The notes beneath the pieces were generated by a model that saw only the letters and a list, made by a program, of their open reading frames with translations, did not search any database and was not told the origin of the DNA. From the NCBI GenBank assembly GCA_964202905.1, contig CAXNJO010000003.1, positions 544,001-608,000 of the forward strand: 64,000 nt of DNA. Direction: 5' to 3'. The DNA comes from Polyangiales bacterium. Lineage in GTDB: Bacteria > Myxococcota_A > Polyangia > Polyangiales > JADJQN01. This document shows, piece after piece, positions 1-9,958 of this stretch. The first letter of the stretch is position 1, and every line of letters starts with the position of its first letter. Both the position numbers and the translations under genes were made by a program.

Positions 1-1
1 G

Positions 2-832
2 CGGTCGGGCTCGGCGTACGAGCGACACCTCGTCCGTAGGGGCCACGAAGTGCGGGCCACCGTCGAAGGGATCGACGCGCTCCGCGTAGCGGAATCCGAT
101 GCGCCGCAGGAGTTTCTCGACCCCGCGGGTCTGCGGACCGACCTTGCCGATGACGTCCTGGGCCTGCGGCGAGAGCAGCGACGCGTAGATGTCGCCCTCG
201 GGCCAGAGGCCACGGATGAACTCCTTGTTCTTCTTCGAGAGGCGATCCGCCTCGCGGTAGGAGAGGCCCGTGAAGTGCCGGCCGACCGCCTCCCAGAGGT
301 GCGAGGTGCCATCGGGTTCGAGGGGCGGCAGGAGCTCCGCGAGCAGTTCGGCCTGCATGTCTTCGCGGTGCATCCGGATCCAGAGGAACCGGACGTAGCT
401 GATGAGCATGCCGAGGCGCTCGGGGGCGCGACGGCAGGCCGGGTGCATCACGAGTCCGCCGATTTCCGTGGGGCCGTTGAACGAGTAACCGATCGACAGG
501 ACCTTGTGGATGAAGTGCTTGTCGAGGGTCGCGCTGTACTTCTCCTCGGTCATCACGTCGACGTAGATGTACGGGGCCTCGCGTCGGCCGAGCTGGCCGA
601 TGATCATCGAGGTGCCGATGGCGCGCTGCTCGACGAGGTCGCGCAGGACGAAGACGTACTCGCGACGGCGCGGGTCACCGATGTTCCCGGAGAACGAGCG
701 CTCGGACACGTCGAGGAGTTCGTCGATCGCGACAGGGTCGTGCGGGAGATTGACGGAGTCGAGGAAGCGGGCGAGCTCGAGGAGGTCGTCGTGGTCGCGG
801 CGCGTCGCGGCGCGGATCTCGTAGCGGTTCAT
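2..832 (-). CDS. astA: Arginine N-succinyltransferase (AstA family), runs off left edge
   Basis: Not in ORF track. Manual translation from ATG at 832 (GAGGA RBS): MNRYEIRAATRRDHDDLLELARFLDSVNLP...GPTEIGGLVMHP...LWEAVGRHFTGLSYREADRLS...IGFRYAERVDPFDGGPH, which matches AstA motifs. Confidence 0.85.
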   Translation of the reverse strand, partial: MNRYEIRAATRRDHDDLLELARFLDSVNLPHDPVAIDELLDVSERSFSGNIGDPRRREYVFVLRDLVEQRAIGTSMIIGQLGRREAPYIYVDVMTEEKYSATLDKHFIHKVLSIGYSFNGPTEIGGLVMHPACRRAPERLGMLISYVRFLWIRMHREDMQAELLAELLPPLEPDGTSHLWEAVGRHFTGLSYREADRLSKKNKEFIRGLWPEGDIYASLLSPQAQDVIGKVGPQTRGVEKLLRRIGFRYAERVDPFDGGPHFVAPTDEVSLVRRARP

Positions 833-881
833 GGTTCCTCGAAGCGGCGCGCGACGTGCGGGCCCGGTTTGACGGAGCAAC

Positions 882-1331
882 TCAGAAGCGTTTCCGCGTG
901 TCGACGAGCAGGGTGACGGGCCCGTCGACGTCGGCACGGACGCGCATCATTGCGCGGAAACGGCCCGTCGCGACGGGGAGACCCGTGTCGCGGAGTCGCG
1001 CGCAGGTGTCCTCGTAGAGCGCGCGCGCGGGCTCGGGCGCGGCGGCACCGACGAAGGACGGTCGACGACCGGCGCGGACGTCACCGAAGAGCGTGAATTG
1101 CGAGACGACGAGGACGGCGCCGCCGATGTCCTGAACGCTGCGGGACATCTTGCCGGCCTCGTCCTCGAAGAGGCGGAGGTGGGAGACCTTCGCCGCCATC
1201 GTCGCCGCGTCTTCGGCGGTGTCGTCCGCGCCCACGCCGAGATACACGAGCAGACCGCGCGCGATTGCGCCGACCGTCTCGTCCTCGACGGTGACGCTGG
1301 CGGATGCGACCCGCTGCACGACTGCCCGCAC
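882..1331 (-). CDS. dtd: D-aminoacyl-tRNA deacylase
   Basis: MRAVVQRV start, SQFTL, GRRPSF, DGPVT motifs. Confidence 0.96.
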   Translation of the reverse strand: MRAVVQRVASASVTVEDETVGAIARGLLVYLGVGADDTAEDAATMAAKVSHLRLFEDEAGKMSRSVQDIGGAVLVVSQFTLFGDVRAGRRPSFVGAAAPEPARALYEDTCARLRDTGLPVATGRFRAMMRVRADVDGPVTLLVDTRKRF

Positions 1332-1387
1332 CGCACCGCGCTAGCACGAGCGGATGGACCGCGGCAACGAGGCGGCTCGCCGACTGC

Positions 1388-4300
1388 TCAGACGGTCCTT
1401 TGCAAGTGAAGTGCATGCGAACGGGCCATCTCGGGGCTCGGGAAGCCGCGCTGATCGAAGAGGGCGAGACGTGCGGGGGCCTCCGGATCGGGAACGGCGG
1501 GCGCCCGGAGTCGCTCGAGTTGCTCGAGGACCGCGGCGAGGGCCCAATCCGCGAGGCGTCCACCGGTGTCGACGGCATCGAAGCGGGGCGCGGGCGGGAG
1601 AAACGGCTCGTCGAGGCGCGCGCCGGGGCGCGACGCGAGCGCGAGCGCGGTGCGGAGGGTCTCGACGGCGAGCCCGCGTTGTCCGGAGGCCCATGCGATG
1701 CGCGCGAGCGTGAGGAGCCTCGCGAGGTCGGTGAGGTTTTCGATCGCGCCGAGGGCCCGCTCGAGGGCGCGACGCAGCGCGGCGGCACGCACCGCAGGGG
1801 GCTGCCGCGCGTCGGACGCAAGCGCGAAGTGGGCGAGCGCCTCGCGGTAGGCGGACTTGCCGGGGGTGTCCAAGTCGAGGGCGGCGCGGAGGGCGGGATG
1901 ACGCGCGAGAAGCGTCCGGGGGAGCGCCGTTTCCCACGATGGGAGCGCGGGGAGCGGCGATGCGGCCGTCGTCGCGAGGAGCCCGCGTTGCTCGAGGGCG
2001 CGCGCGCACGCGGCGTTGGCCGCGAAGAGCGTGTGCAGAAAGGCGTCGTTCTCGGTGCCCGGGGGATGCGGCTGCAGCAGCCCGAGACCGGGGACGAGGC
2101 GGTAGACGTCGTGGCCGCGGGCGCGGAGCGGCGCGAGCGGGTCGGGCGCCGCAGGGTCCGTGGAGCCGGGGGCCGCGAGCGTGACGACCCAGAGCGGATC
2201 GCCCTCAACGGGCAGGGGGAGGTGTTGGAAGGCCGCTTCGAGGGAGACGACGCCGGTGTCCACGCGCACCACTGCGATCGGGCCCGGACCGAATTTGGCG
2301 AGGGTCTCGCCAGGGGCGGACACGTCGGCTGCGCGCGGCATCGCGACGTCGACGTCGGGGCGCGGCTCCGCGACGGGGGCGCCCGATGGGCTGGGCGGCC
2401 GCGGCGCGTCGCCGACGATCAGGTGGCCGAATCGGTTCGCTGCGGCGCTCGCGCGCAGCCTCGCGGCGGGGACCGTGCGGGACTCGAGGGCGAGCACGCG
2501 GCCGGTGGGCCCGACCGCGCGCGCGAACGACAGCGCGTGCACGCCGGGCGCGGCGCCCACATCGACGGCGCGTCCGCCCTCTTGGAGCACGCCGCAGAGG
2601 AAATGCAGCGCGTCGTCGCTCGCCTCGCGGTCCAGCGCGAGCCCCGACGCGCACGGATCGTCGCGATCGGCCGGCGCCGCGATCCGAAGACCCGGGCCGA
2701 CGACGCGCCACGCCGCGTCGGGGTCGGGAAGCGCGACCTCGACGGGCCCAGCCTGCCAGGCGCTCGGACCCCTCGTCACATCCGCCACGTCGACGTCGGC
2801 GCGGGTTTGCGCGGCGCGGCACAGCGCGTCCTCGAGCGCGCGCGTCATGCGGGGCGCGTCGGTGAGGCCGCCCGCGTGCAAACGGGCGCGGGCCTCGGCA
2901 CGAAACGCGACGCGACGCGGCACATCGCGGAGCAGGTCGCGCGCGATGCGCACGTAAGCCTCCGCGGTTGCAGCGACGAGGTCGTCGAGGCCTGCACGCC
3001 GCAAGAGGCTCACACCCACGCGCGCGACGTGTGTCGCGCCCGCGAGCGTGACGACCGGCACGCCCATGAAGAGCGCGTCGCAGGTCGTCGTCGTGCCGTG
3101 GTAGGGCGACGTGTCGAGCGCGACGTCGACCTGGCGGTAAGCCTCGAGATGCGCGTTCAGGTCGGCGTCGAAGCCGACGAGGTCGACGCGCTCGAGCGGC
3201 AGACCGTGCGCGCGCAGGCGGTCCGCGAAGCGCGCACGGCTCTGTGGGTGCGAGAGATAGCCGTGCTTGAGGAGCAGCCGCGCCTCGGGGGTCTCGCGCA
3301 GGAGCGTGGCCCACAGAGAGAGCGTCGAGGCGGAGACCTTGGCGAGCGCGTTGAACGAGCCGAAGGTGGGCGAGCGTCCGGTCGTCGAGGGCGTCGGCGC
3401 GACGTCGGGGGCCCCAGGGGGCGCGCCGTAGCAGAGGAAACCCGGCTCCATGCGGAGCAGCTGTTCGGTGTGCAACGCCTCGGTGAGCCCTGCGGGATCG
3501 CAGTCTGCGTCGGTGAGGCGGACATCGATCGACGCGAGGCCGGTGGTGTCGGGATAGCCGAGCCAGGTCACCTGCATGGGCGCCGGCTTGCGGGCGAAGA
3601 CGCCGAGGCGGTTGCCGTTCGTGTGGCCGGAGAGGTCGACGAGCACGTCGATCTCGTCGGCGCGGATGAGCGCGGCGGCCTCGTCGTCGCCGAGCGGCGT
3701 GAGGTCGCGCCATGCGTCGACGCGCGACACGAGGCGGCGGCTGACCTCGTCGAGCTGGCGCGTCTGGCTGTAGAGCGTCACCGCGAAGCGCGCGCGGTCG
3801 TGGTGGGCGAGCAGTGGCTCGAGGAAGAACGCGACCGAGTGCCGGCGGAGGTCCGCGGAGACGTAGCCGATGCGCAGGCGTCTGCCGTGACCGATGGGAA
3901 TCGTACGCGGCGGGAGCCGCGAGACGGCTCGCTCGACACGCTCCCCGAAGCGGCGGTGGAGATCCGCGATCGCGGCCGCATCGAGCGTGTCCGCGTAGTG
4001 CGCGACGAGGAGCAGCGTGTCGTGGTGGGAGAGGTTCTCGGGCGCGCGAGCGACGGCCTCGCGCAGATGCGGGATCGCGAGGTCGGAGTCACCCCGCGCC
4101 GAGAGCGCCGCGCCGAGATGGGCGCGCGTCTCGGGGTCGTCGGGGACCTGCGCGTGCGCACGCTCGAGCGCGTCGATCGCCTCCTCGAGGCGCGGACCGG
4201 TGCGCAGCAGCGCACCATGGTTGCGGAGCGCGAGCGGGTGCGTCGGACGGAGCGCGAGGGCGGCGGCGTACTGCGCGATGGCCTCGTCCGTCGCGCCCCG

Positions 4301-4558
4301 GCGCGCAAGCAGCACACCGAGCTGCACGTGCGCCTCGAACGGCGCCCCGGGGAGCGCGACCGCCTTGCGATAGAGCTGTTCCGCGGCGATCCGGTCGCCG
4401 CGATCGCGCGCGAGATCGCCGAAGAGGCACCACGCGTCGGGCTCGCGAGGGTGCGCGGCGAGGCGCGCGCGGATCGCGGCCTCGGCACGCCCGGGCTCGC
4501 CGCGCCGACACAGCCGGACGATCTCGGCGAGCGGGAGCACCGCAGGCGGCTTCGGCAT
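1388..4558 (-). CDS. TPR-containing GT41 (O-GlcNAc transferase/SPINDLY-like) glycosyltransferase with C-terminal FkbM-like methyltransferase region
   Basis: N-terminal TPRs; RLRIGYVSADLRRHSV, DVLVDLSGHT, PMQVTWLGYPDTTG, FGSFNALAK, LDTSPYHGTTTTCDALFMGVPVVTL; then VDVGAAPGVHAL...VLALE. Start moved to MPKPP (4558) to avoid overlap with the divergent gene. Confidence 0.85.
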   Translation of the reverse strand: MPKPPAVLPLAEIVRLCRRGEPGRAEAAIRARLAAHPREPDAWCLFGDLARDRGDRIAAEQLYRKAVALPGAPFEAHVQLGVLLARRGATDEAIAQYAAALALRPTHPLALRNHGALLRTGPRLEEAIDALERAHAQVPDDPETRAHLGAALSARGDSDLAIPHLREAVARAPENLSHHDTLLLVAHYADTLDAAAIADLHRRFGERVERAVSRLPPRTIPIGHGRRLRIGYVSADLRRHSVAFFLEPLLAHHDRARFAVTLYSQTRQLDEVSRRLVSRVDAWRDLTPLGDDEAAALIRADEIDVLVDLSGHTNGNRLGVFARKPAPMQVTWLGYPDTTGLASIDVRLTDADCDPAGLTEALHTEQLLRMEPGFLCYGAPPGAPDVAPTPSTTGRSPTFGSFNALAKVSASTLSLWATLLRETPEARLLLKHGYLSHPQSRARFADRLRAHGLPLERVDLVGFDADLNAHLEAYRQVDVALDTSPYHGTTTTCDALFMGVPVVTLAGATHVARVGVSLLRRAGLDDLVAATAEAYVRIARDLLRDVPRRVAFRAEARARLHAGGLTDAPRMTRALEDALCRAAQTRADVDVADVTRGPSAWQAGPVEVALPDPDAAWRVVGPGLRIAAPADRDDPCASGLALDREASDDALHFLCGVLQEGGRAVDVGAAPGVHALSFARAVGPTGRVLALESRTVPAARLRASAAANRFGHLIVGDAPRPPSPSGAPVAEPRPDVDVAMPRAADVSAPGETLAKFGPGPIAVVRVDTGVVSLEAAFQHLPLPVEGDPLWVVTLAAPGSTDPAAPDPLAPLRARGHDVYRLVPGLGLLQPHPPGTENDAFLHTLFAANAACARALEQRGLLATTAASPLPALPSWETALPRTLLARHPALRAALDLDTPGKSAYREALAHFALASDARQPPAVRAAALRRALERALGAIENLTDLARLLTLARIAWASGQRGLAVETLRTALALASRPGARLDEPFLPPAPRFDAVDTGGRLADWALAAVLEQLERLRAPAVPDPEAPARLALFDQRGFPSPEMARSHALHLQRTV

Positions 4559-4684
4559 CGCGGCAGCGTGCGCCTCGGGTCGAGCTTTGTCAGCGGGACA
4601 CACCGCGGCTCGCGTGCAGCGTGGGTCGAAGTCGTCTCCCGCGGGACACCGGTCCGTCACGGACACTTGCGAAGGTGCTCCGCG

Positions 4685-5386
4685 ATGAACGAGCGCATTC
4701 TCGTCGCGGACGACGACGCGACCTCGCGCGAGCCGCTCGTCGCGCACCTCGCCGAGTGCGGCTGGATGGTGGGTGCGGTGCCCGACGGCCACGCGGCGCT
4801 CGCGGACGTGCGCGCGCAGCGCCCCGGTCTCGTCGTGCTCGAGCTGGCGCTTCCGGGGGTATCCGGGCTCGACGTGTGCCGCCGCATCCGGCGCGACGCA
4901 GACACCGCGACGCTACCGCTCATCGCGGTGAGCCGACGCGCCGACGAGGTCGAGCGTGTGGTCGCCTTCGAGGTCGGCGTCGACGACTTCGTGGCGAAGC
5001 CATTCAGCGTACGCGAGCTGGCGCTGCGCGTGCGGGCCGTGCTGCGACGCGCGAGTCCCGCACCGACGCAGAGTGCACCACGGCTCGCGATCGGGGCGCT
5101 GGTGGTCGACCGCGCGCGGCACCGCGTGCTCGTCGGCGGGCGGGAGATCGCCCTGACCGCGCTCGAGTTGAAGCTGCTCGATCACCTCGCGACACACCGC
5201 GACCGCGTGCAGTCGCGCGAGGTGCTGCTCGAGCGCGTGTGGGGACTCGACCCGGACATGGAGACGCGCACCGTGGACACGCACGTGAAGCGGCTCCGCG
5301 CGAAGCTCGGCGAGGCCGGCACGCTGATCGAGACGCTCCGCGGCGTCGGCTACCGCATCCGCGACAGCGCCACGCGCAAGCGGTAG
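4685..5386 (+). CDS. OmpR/PhoB-family response regulator (atypical receiver, Glu at the phospho-Asp site)
   Basis: C-terminal part of ORF 1304..5386: MNERILVADDD...LVVLELALPG...DDFVAKPFS...LTALE...RTVDTHVKRLRAKL...TLRGVGY. Confidence 0.92.
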   Translation: MNERILVADDDATSREPLVAHLAECGWMVGAVPDGHAALADVRAQRPGLVVLELALPGVSGLDVCRRIRRDADTATLPLIAVSRRADEVERVVAFEVGVDDFVAKPFSVRELALRVRAVLRRASPAPTQSAPRLAIGALVVDRARHRVLVGGREIALTALELKLLDHLATHRDRVQSREVLLERVWGLDPDMETRTVDTHVKRLRAKLGEAGTLIETLRGVGYRIRDSATRKR

Positions 5387-5441
5387 TCGCGCGCCGCGCG
5401 GCGGACGAGCACGCGTCGCGAGGCGCGCACGGACTGCTGGG

Positions 5442-6110
5442 TCAGCGGAGGCCGCACCCCGAGACATGCCTGGGCGGCGTGTGCGGCGGCGCGACGACGG
5501 GGTGCGGCACGCGCGGCGAGTCGGCGCACGCGATGCGCCGAAAGACGACGGGGATATCGCGAAATGATTGTCCGTCGTTGAGCACGGACACGAACTCCAT
5601 CCGCGCGAAGTCGATCCGACCGCTGAACGTGTCGAGCGCGTAGCCGCCGCCCCACCCGCAATACGTGCGCTCGCCGACGTAGGAGGTCGCGGCGAAACGG
5701 ATGGCGCCATCGGTGGCGACCGTGCCGACCGCAGGCTCGCGGACCTCGGCGCGCACGGTTCCGGGGCCGCAGGCGGGCGGCTCGACGGCGCGCTCGTCGC
5801 CCGTCCAGAAGTGCACGCGCATCTGACCCACGAGGCGGTCGGGCGCGGCGCCCTCGCGGCGCACGTCGAGGTGCACGACGTACCACTGCGCCACGTGCGG
5901 GTACCACGCATGCGACATCCACGTCCCCGTGATCGGATCGCTGCAATCCGTCGCGGCGGGCGGCAGACGCGCGCGCTGCTCTTGCACGTTCGCCGGCGCG
6001 ACCGAGGGCCACGCGGTGCAGGCGAGCAGCGTGACGCCGACCGCCAGCGCGAGACGACGGCGTCGATGGCGTCGAGCGTGGGGCGCGCGGGGCGAAAGCG
6101 CGGGGTTCAT
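5442..6110 (-). CDS. Hypothetical secreted protein
   Basis: Basic N-terminus plus hydrophobic signal peptide, ordinary composition, paired Cys. Confidence 0.7.
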   Translation of the reverse strand: MNPALSPRAPHARRHRRRRLALAVGVTLLACTAWPSVAPANVQEQRARLPPAATDCSDPITGTWMSHAWYPHVAQWYVVHLDVRREGAAPDRLVGQMRVHFWTGDERAVEPPACGPGTVRAEVREPAVGTVATDGAIRFAATSYVGERTYCGWGGGYALDTFSGRIDFARMEFVSVLNDGQSFRDIPVVFRRIACADSPRVPHPVVAPPHTPPRHVSGCGLR

Positions 6111-6209
6111 CGGGGTTCGCGGCAGAGAGTACCGCGCCGTGCGGCCGCGGGGCGCACGAAGGCGCGGCGCACGACGGTGGGGCGACCGGGGGCGCCCCCG
6201 CCGCTGCGC

Positions 6210-7199
6210 TCAGCTGCGGAGCAGACCGGCGCCGTGCAGGGCCGCTTCGCGTGCGTGCGCGAGGAGGCGGTCCGCGCCGCGCGCGAGGAGCGTCGCGGCG
6301 AGCTCGTGGCCCGCGTCGATCGCGGCGCGGAGCCTCGCGTCAGCGGGGGTCGCAGGGAGCCAGATCTCCGTGCCGGCGCGCAGGAGTTCGTCGCCGTCGA
6401 CCGAGCCGACGAGCGCGTCGAGGTGCAAGCGCGCGCCGTCGGACGCGAGGCGGGCGTGCGCCGCGAGCGGGGCCTGACACCCGCCCTCGAGGCGCCCGAG
6501 GAAGGCGCGCTCGGCCTCGACGCACAGGCGCGTCGCAGGGTCCTCGAGGGGAGCGAGCAGCGCGCGCGTGCGGGCGTCGGCGGCGCGCGCCTCGAGCGCG
6601 AGGACGCCCTGCCCCACCGCGGGGACGCAGACGTCGGGCGGGATCGGCCAGAGCGCGCGGTCGGCGAGGCCGAGGCGCCGCAGCCCCGCGAGCGCGAGGA
6701 CGATCGCGTCGTAACGGCCCTCGTCGAGCTTGCGGAGGCGCGTGTCGACGTTGCCGCGGAGCACGGTGTACGCGAGGTCGTTGCGTGCCGCGCGGAGCTG
6801 GCAGCTGCGGCGCAGCGAGCTCGTACCGACGCGCGCACCGGCGACGAGGGCGTCGAGCTCGAGGCCCTCGCGGGTCACGAGGACGTCGCGCGGGTCTTCG
6901 CGAGGGGGCACGCACACGAGCGAGAGGCCGGGCGCGAGGACCGCGGGGACGTCCTTCATCGAGTGCACCGCGAAGTCGGCCCGGCCATCGACGAGCGCCG
7001 CCTCGACCTCGCTCACGAAGAGGCCCTTGCCACCGAACTTCGAGAGCAGATCCGTCTGGTTGCGGTCGCCCTCTGTGACGATCTGCACCTCTTCGACGAC
7101 GAGGCCGGGCCAGCGCGCGCAGAGATCCGCGGCCACGGCGCGCGTCTGCGTGAGGGCGAGCAGGCTCTTGCGCGTCGCGACCCGGAGGAGCCCGCTCAT
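6210..7199 (-). CDS. hemC: Hydroxymethylbilane synthase (porphobilinogen deaminase)
   Basis: ATRKSLLALTQ, GGKGLFVSE, AVHSMKDVP, GTSSLRR, RGNVDTRL, LEGGCQAP; ATGA overlap with the hemA stop. Confidence 0.97.
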   Translation of the reverse strand: MSGLLRVATRKSLLALTQTRAVAADLCARWPGLVVEEVQIVTEGDRNQTDLLSKFGGKGLFVSEVEAALVDGRADFAVHSMKDVPAVLAPGLSLVCVPPREDPRDVLVTREGLELDALVAGARVGTSSLRRSCQLRAARNDLAYTVLRGNVDTRLRKLDEGRYDAIVLALAGLRRLGLADRALWPIPPDVCVPAVGQGVLALEARAADARTRALLAPLEDPATRLCVEAERAFLGRLEGGCQAPLAAHARLASDGARLHLDALVGSVDGDELLRAGTEIWLPATPADARLRAAIDAGHELAATLLARGADRLLAHAREAALHGAGLLRS

Positions 7200-8542
7200 C
7201 GCTTGCCCTCGGCGATCGCGGGCGCCGCAGCCTCGACCTCTGCGGGCGCGTCCGCAGCGGAGCGATCGGCCGGCTCGGCGGGCTGCAGCGCGAAGAGCTG
7301 CTGCGCCGCGTCGAGCAGCTGCGCGCTGCCCTCGCTCTCGGCGTCCTTCTTCAGTGCGGTGAGCGGCTGGTGCAGGAGTTTGTTCACGATCGCGTCGGCC
7401 ATCCTGTCGAGGGTCTTCCGGTCCTCGTCGCCGAGTCCCTGCAAGCGCGGCACCGTGCGCGCGAGCTCGGCGACGACGATCTCTCGGAACCGCGCGCGCA
7501 GCGCGACGATCGTCGGAGTGAGCGCGAGGCTCTTGCGCCAGAGTTCGAACTCGGCGACCTCCTCGTGGACGATCCGCTCCGCGGACTCGGCCTCGCGGCG
7601 CCGCGCGTCGGCCGCGCCGCGCGAGACGCTCTCGAGGTGGTCGACGTCGTAGAGGAAGACGTTCTCGAGATCGCCGACGCGTGGGTCGATGTCGCGCGGG
7701 ACGGCGATGTCCACGAGCAGCATGAGACGGTGCCGGCGCGCCTTCACGACCGCCTGCATCGCCTCGCGCGTGATCACGAAGCCGGGGCTCGCCGTGGAGC
7801 TGATGACGACGTCCGCGAGGATCAACTCCGCTTGGAGTTGATCGAGCGTCCGCGCCTCGCCGCCGTGCTCGCGCGCGAGGGCCTCCGCGCGCTCGAGGCT
7901 GCGGTTGGCGACGACGATGCGGGCGCCGGCGCCGTGCAGGTGTCGCGCGGCGGCCTCGGCCATCTCGCCCGCGCCGACGAGCAGCACGCGTCGCCCCTCG
8001 AGCCGGCCGAAGACCTTGGCCGCGAGCTCGCACGCCACGCTGCTCACGCTCACCGCGCCGGCCGCGATCGCGGTCTCGCTGCGCACGCGCTTGGCGACCG
8101 CGAACGCGCGCTGGAAACAGCGCGAGAGCAGCGTGCCCGTCGTGCCCGCGGCCTCGGCGGCGCCGAAGGCTTCCTTCACCTGCCCGAGAATCTGCGGCTC
8201 GCCGACCACCATCGAGTCGAGGCTCGAAGCGACGCGGAAGGCATGCTGCACCGCGTCACCACCTGCGCGCTCGTAGAGGTGCCCCTCGAGCGACGTCGCG
8301 ACTGCGCGGGAGGCAAGCCAGGCGCGCGCGGCGCCCGCACCGGCGCGGGCGTCACGGGCGGCGAGGTAGACCTCGACGCGGTTGCACGTCGAGATGACGA
8401 CGGTCTCGTCGAGCGCGCCGGTCGCGAGCAGGCCGCGCAGATCCGCGCCGAGCTCCGCCGCGGGCACGGCGAGGCGCTCCCGCAACGCGAGCGGCGCGGT
8501 GCGGTGCGAGAGTCCGATGACGACGATGTCGCGGCTGCTCAC
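7196..8542 (-). CDS. hemA: Glutamyl-tRNA reductase
   Basis: GLSHRTAP, STCNRVE, SLDSMVVGEPQILGQVK, GAGEM, DIAVPRDID; GTG start overlaps the ccsA stop. Confidence 0.97.
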   Translation of the reverse strand: MSSRDIVVIGLSHRTAPLALRERLAVPAAELGADLRGLLATGALDETVVISTCNRVEVYLAARDARAGAGAARAWLASRAVATSLEGHLYERAGGDAVQHAFRVASSLDSMVVGEPQILGQVKEAFGAAEAAGTTGTLLSRCFQRAFAVAKRVRSETAIAAGAVSVSSVACELAAKVFGRLEGRRVLLVGAGEMAEAAARHLHGAGARIVVANRSLERAEALAREHGGEARTLDQLQAELILADVVISSTASPGFVITREAMQAVVKARRHRLMLLVDIAVPRDIDPRVGDLENVFLYDVDHLESVSRGAADARRREAESAERIVHEEVAEFELWRKSLALTPTIVALRARFREIVVAELARTVPRLQGLGDEDRKTLDRMADAIVNKLLHQPLTALKKDAESEGSAQLLDAAQQLFALQPAEPADRSAADAPAEVEAAAPAIAEGKR

Positions 8543-9342
8543 GAGGCCTCCGCGCGGAGCACGTAGCCGACGAGCACGAGCACGGCGCACGCGAAGCCGA
8601 GCATCGTGCCGATCGCGGCACGGCGCCCCCGGAAGCCCGCGAGCGCGCGCAGGCCGAGCACCGCGCCGAAGCACGCCCACGCGAGCATCGCCGTCAGGCG
8701 CGACGGCGTGAGCCCGACCTCGCCGACGCCGAGCCGCGCCGCGACCACGGCCCCGGTGACGATCCCGACGGTGAGCAGCGGAAAACCGATCGTCACCAAC
8801 CGAAGCCCGAGCGAGTCGAGCTCGTCGAGCGGCGGCAGGCGCTGGAAGAGGCCGCCCAGCTGCTTGCGTCGGAGCAGGCGCTCCTGGATGACGTAGGCGA
8901 GCGCGACGGCGAACGCGAGCGCGAACGCCACCACGCCGAGGATGTTGACGCCGATGTGCACCGGCAGGAGCGCGGAGCGCACGGGCTCGGGGACGCGCGC
9001 GACGTCACGGTGGAAGCCGGCGCCGAGCAGGAGCAGCAACGTGACCGGCGTGATGAACGCCCCGAGCACGGCGAGTCGGTGGCGACGCAGCGCCGCGAGG
9101 TACCCGATCGCGACGAGCAGCGAGGTCGTCGCGAGCATCTGCCGGATGTCGTCCGTCGGGTGGTGTCCGCCCGTGGCGTAGTCGAGCGCGACGAAGGCCA
9201 CGTGCGCGGCCACCGCGACGCCGAGGCAGCGCGTGGCCCAGCGGGCGACGCGCTCCGCGCCGCGGGCCGCGAAGACGAGGTACAGCGCGCCCGCGACCGC
9301 GTAGAGGGCCGAGGCCGAGAGGAACGTCGCTGAGACGAGCAC
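8539..9342 (-). CDS. ccsA: Cytochrome c assembly protein CcsA/HemX-like membrane protein
   Basis: Multiple TM helices, PVHI...YVIQERLLRRK...RLPPLDELD...GFPLLT; typical position upstream of hemA. Confidence 0.8.
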   Translation of the reverse strand: MLVSATFLSASALYAVAGALYLVFAARGAERVARWATRCLGVAVAAHVAFVALDYATGGHHPTDDIRQMLATTSLLVAIGYLAALRRHRLAVLGAFITPVTLLLLLGAGFHRDVARVPEPVRSALLPVHIGVNILGVVAFALAFAVALAYVIQERLLRRKQLGGLFQRLPPLDELDSLGLRLVTIGFPLLTVGIVTGAVVAARLGVGEVGLTPSRLTAMLAWACFGAVLGLRALAGFRGRRAAIGTMLGFACAVLVLVGYVLRAEAS

Positions 9343-9358
9343 GCCGCGCCGCCCTGTC

Positions 9359-9742
9359 TCAGCGCGATCCCAGGAAGACCCGCGCGAGCAGCGCGACCTC
9401 TTCGCCGCCCGCGTGTGCGTCTCGCGCGTCGGGGCGCGCGTCCTCGACGGGGGTTCCGAGGAGACCCTCGATGACCTCGTAGGCGTCGGGGTCGATCACG
9501 ACGGAGCCGGAGGAGTAGTCGCCGCCGAGCGCGCGGACCTGCCCGAGGTCCTTCACGCGGCCGACCAGGCGGTGCATGTCGCCGCCGCCCGCGACCTCGG
9601 CGACGAAGCGCACCCCCGTCTGCAGCCGGAACCGCTGGGTGCCGGAAGCCAGCGTGAGGTGTTCGCCCTCGATCGCGACGCGGCCCTCCGAGAGCCAGAC
9701 GTCGAGCGCCTCCTGCGGAATGAACACGCGGTGTGGGGACAT
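9359..9742 (-). CDS. Hypothetical protein
   Basis: MSPHRVFIPQEALDVWLSEG...; coding-like composition; stop 16 bp before the ccsA start. Confidence 0.7.
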   Translation of the reverse strand: MSPHRVFIPQEALDVWLSEGRVAIEGEHLTLASGTQRFRLQTGVRFVAEVAGGGDMHRLVGRVKDLGQVRALGGDYSSGSVVIDPDAYEVIEGLLGTPVEDARPDARDAHAGGEEVALLARVFLGSR

Positions 9743-9909
9743 GGGCGGAGGCGCGGCGCCGGACCGAGCGCGCCGTGCGTTCCTAACACGGCGCCCGCGC
9801 CCCGGGTAGCGGACGCGCGGTCGCGCACGGAGCACGACGTCGCTGCGCGCGATCGGGGGCGGGCGGTCCCGGGGAACGGCAGCGGCGCACGGGTCCCGCG
9901 CCGGGGCGA

Positions 9910-9939
9910 TTGACAGCGTGCCCCGCGGCGCCCCATGTT
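9910..9939 (+). promoter_or_regulatory. Putative sigma70 promoter of trxA
   Basis: TTGACA (9910-9915), N18, CATGTT (9934-9939). Confidence 0.45.
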
Positions 9940-9958
9940 GCCGCCCGAGGTGAGACCC

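Noticed and set aside
50..916. 288-aa plus-strand ORF
   Set aside because: Antisense shadow of astA, which the track missed because it runs off the edge.
1304..4684. 1360-aa plus-strand ORF as a giant response-regulator fusion
   Set aside because: The upstream part is the antisense shadow of the GT41 gene; only 4685-5386 has real motifs.
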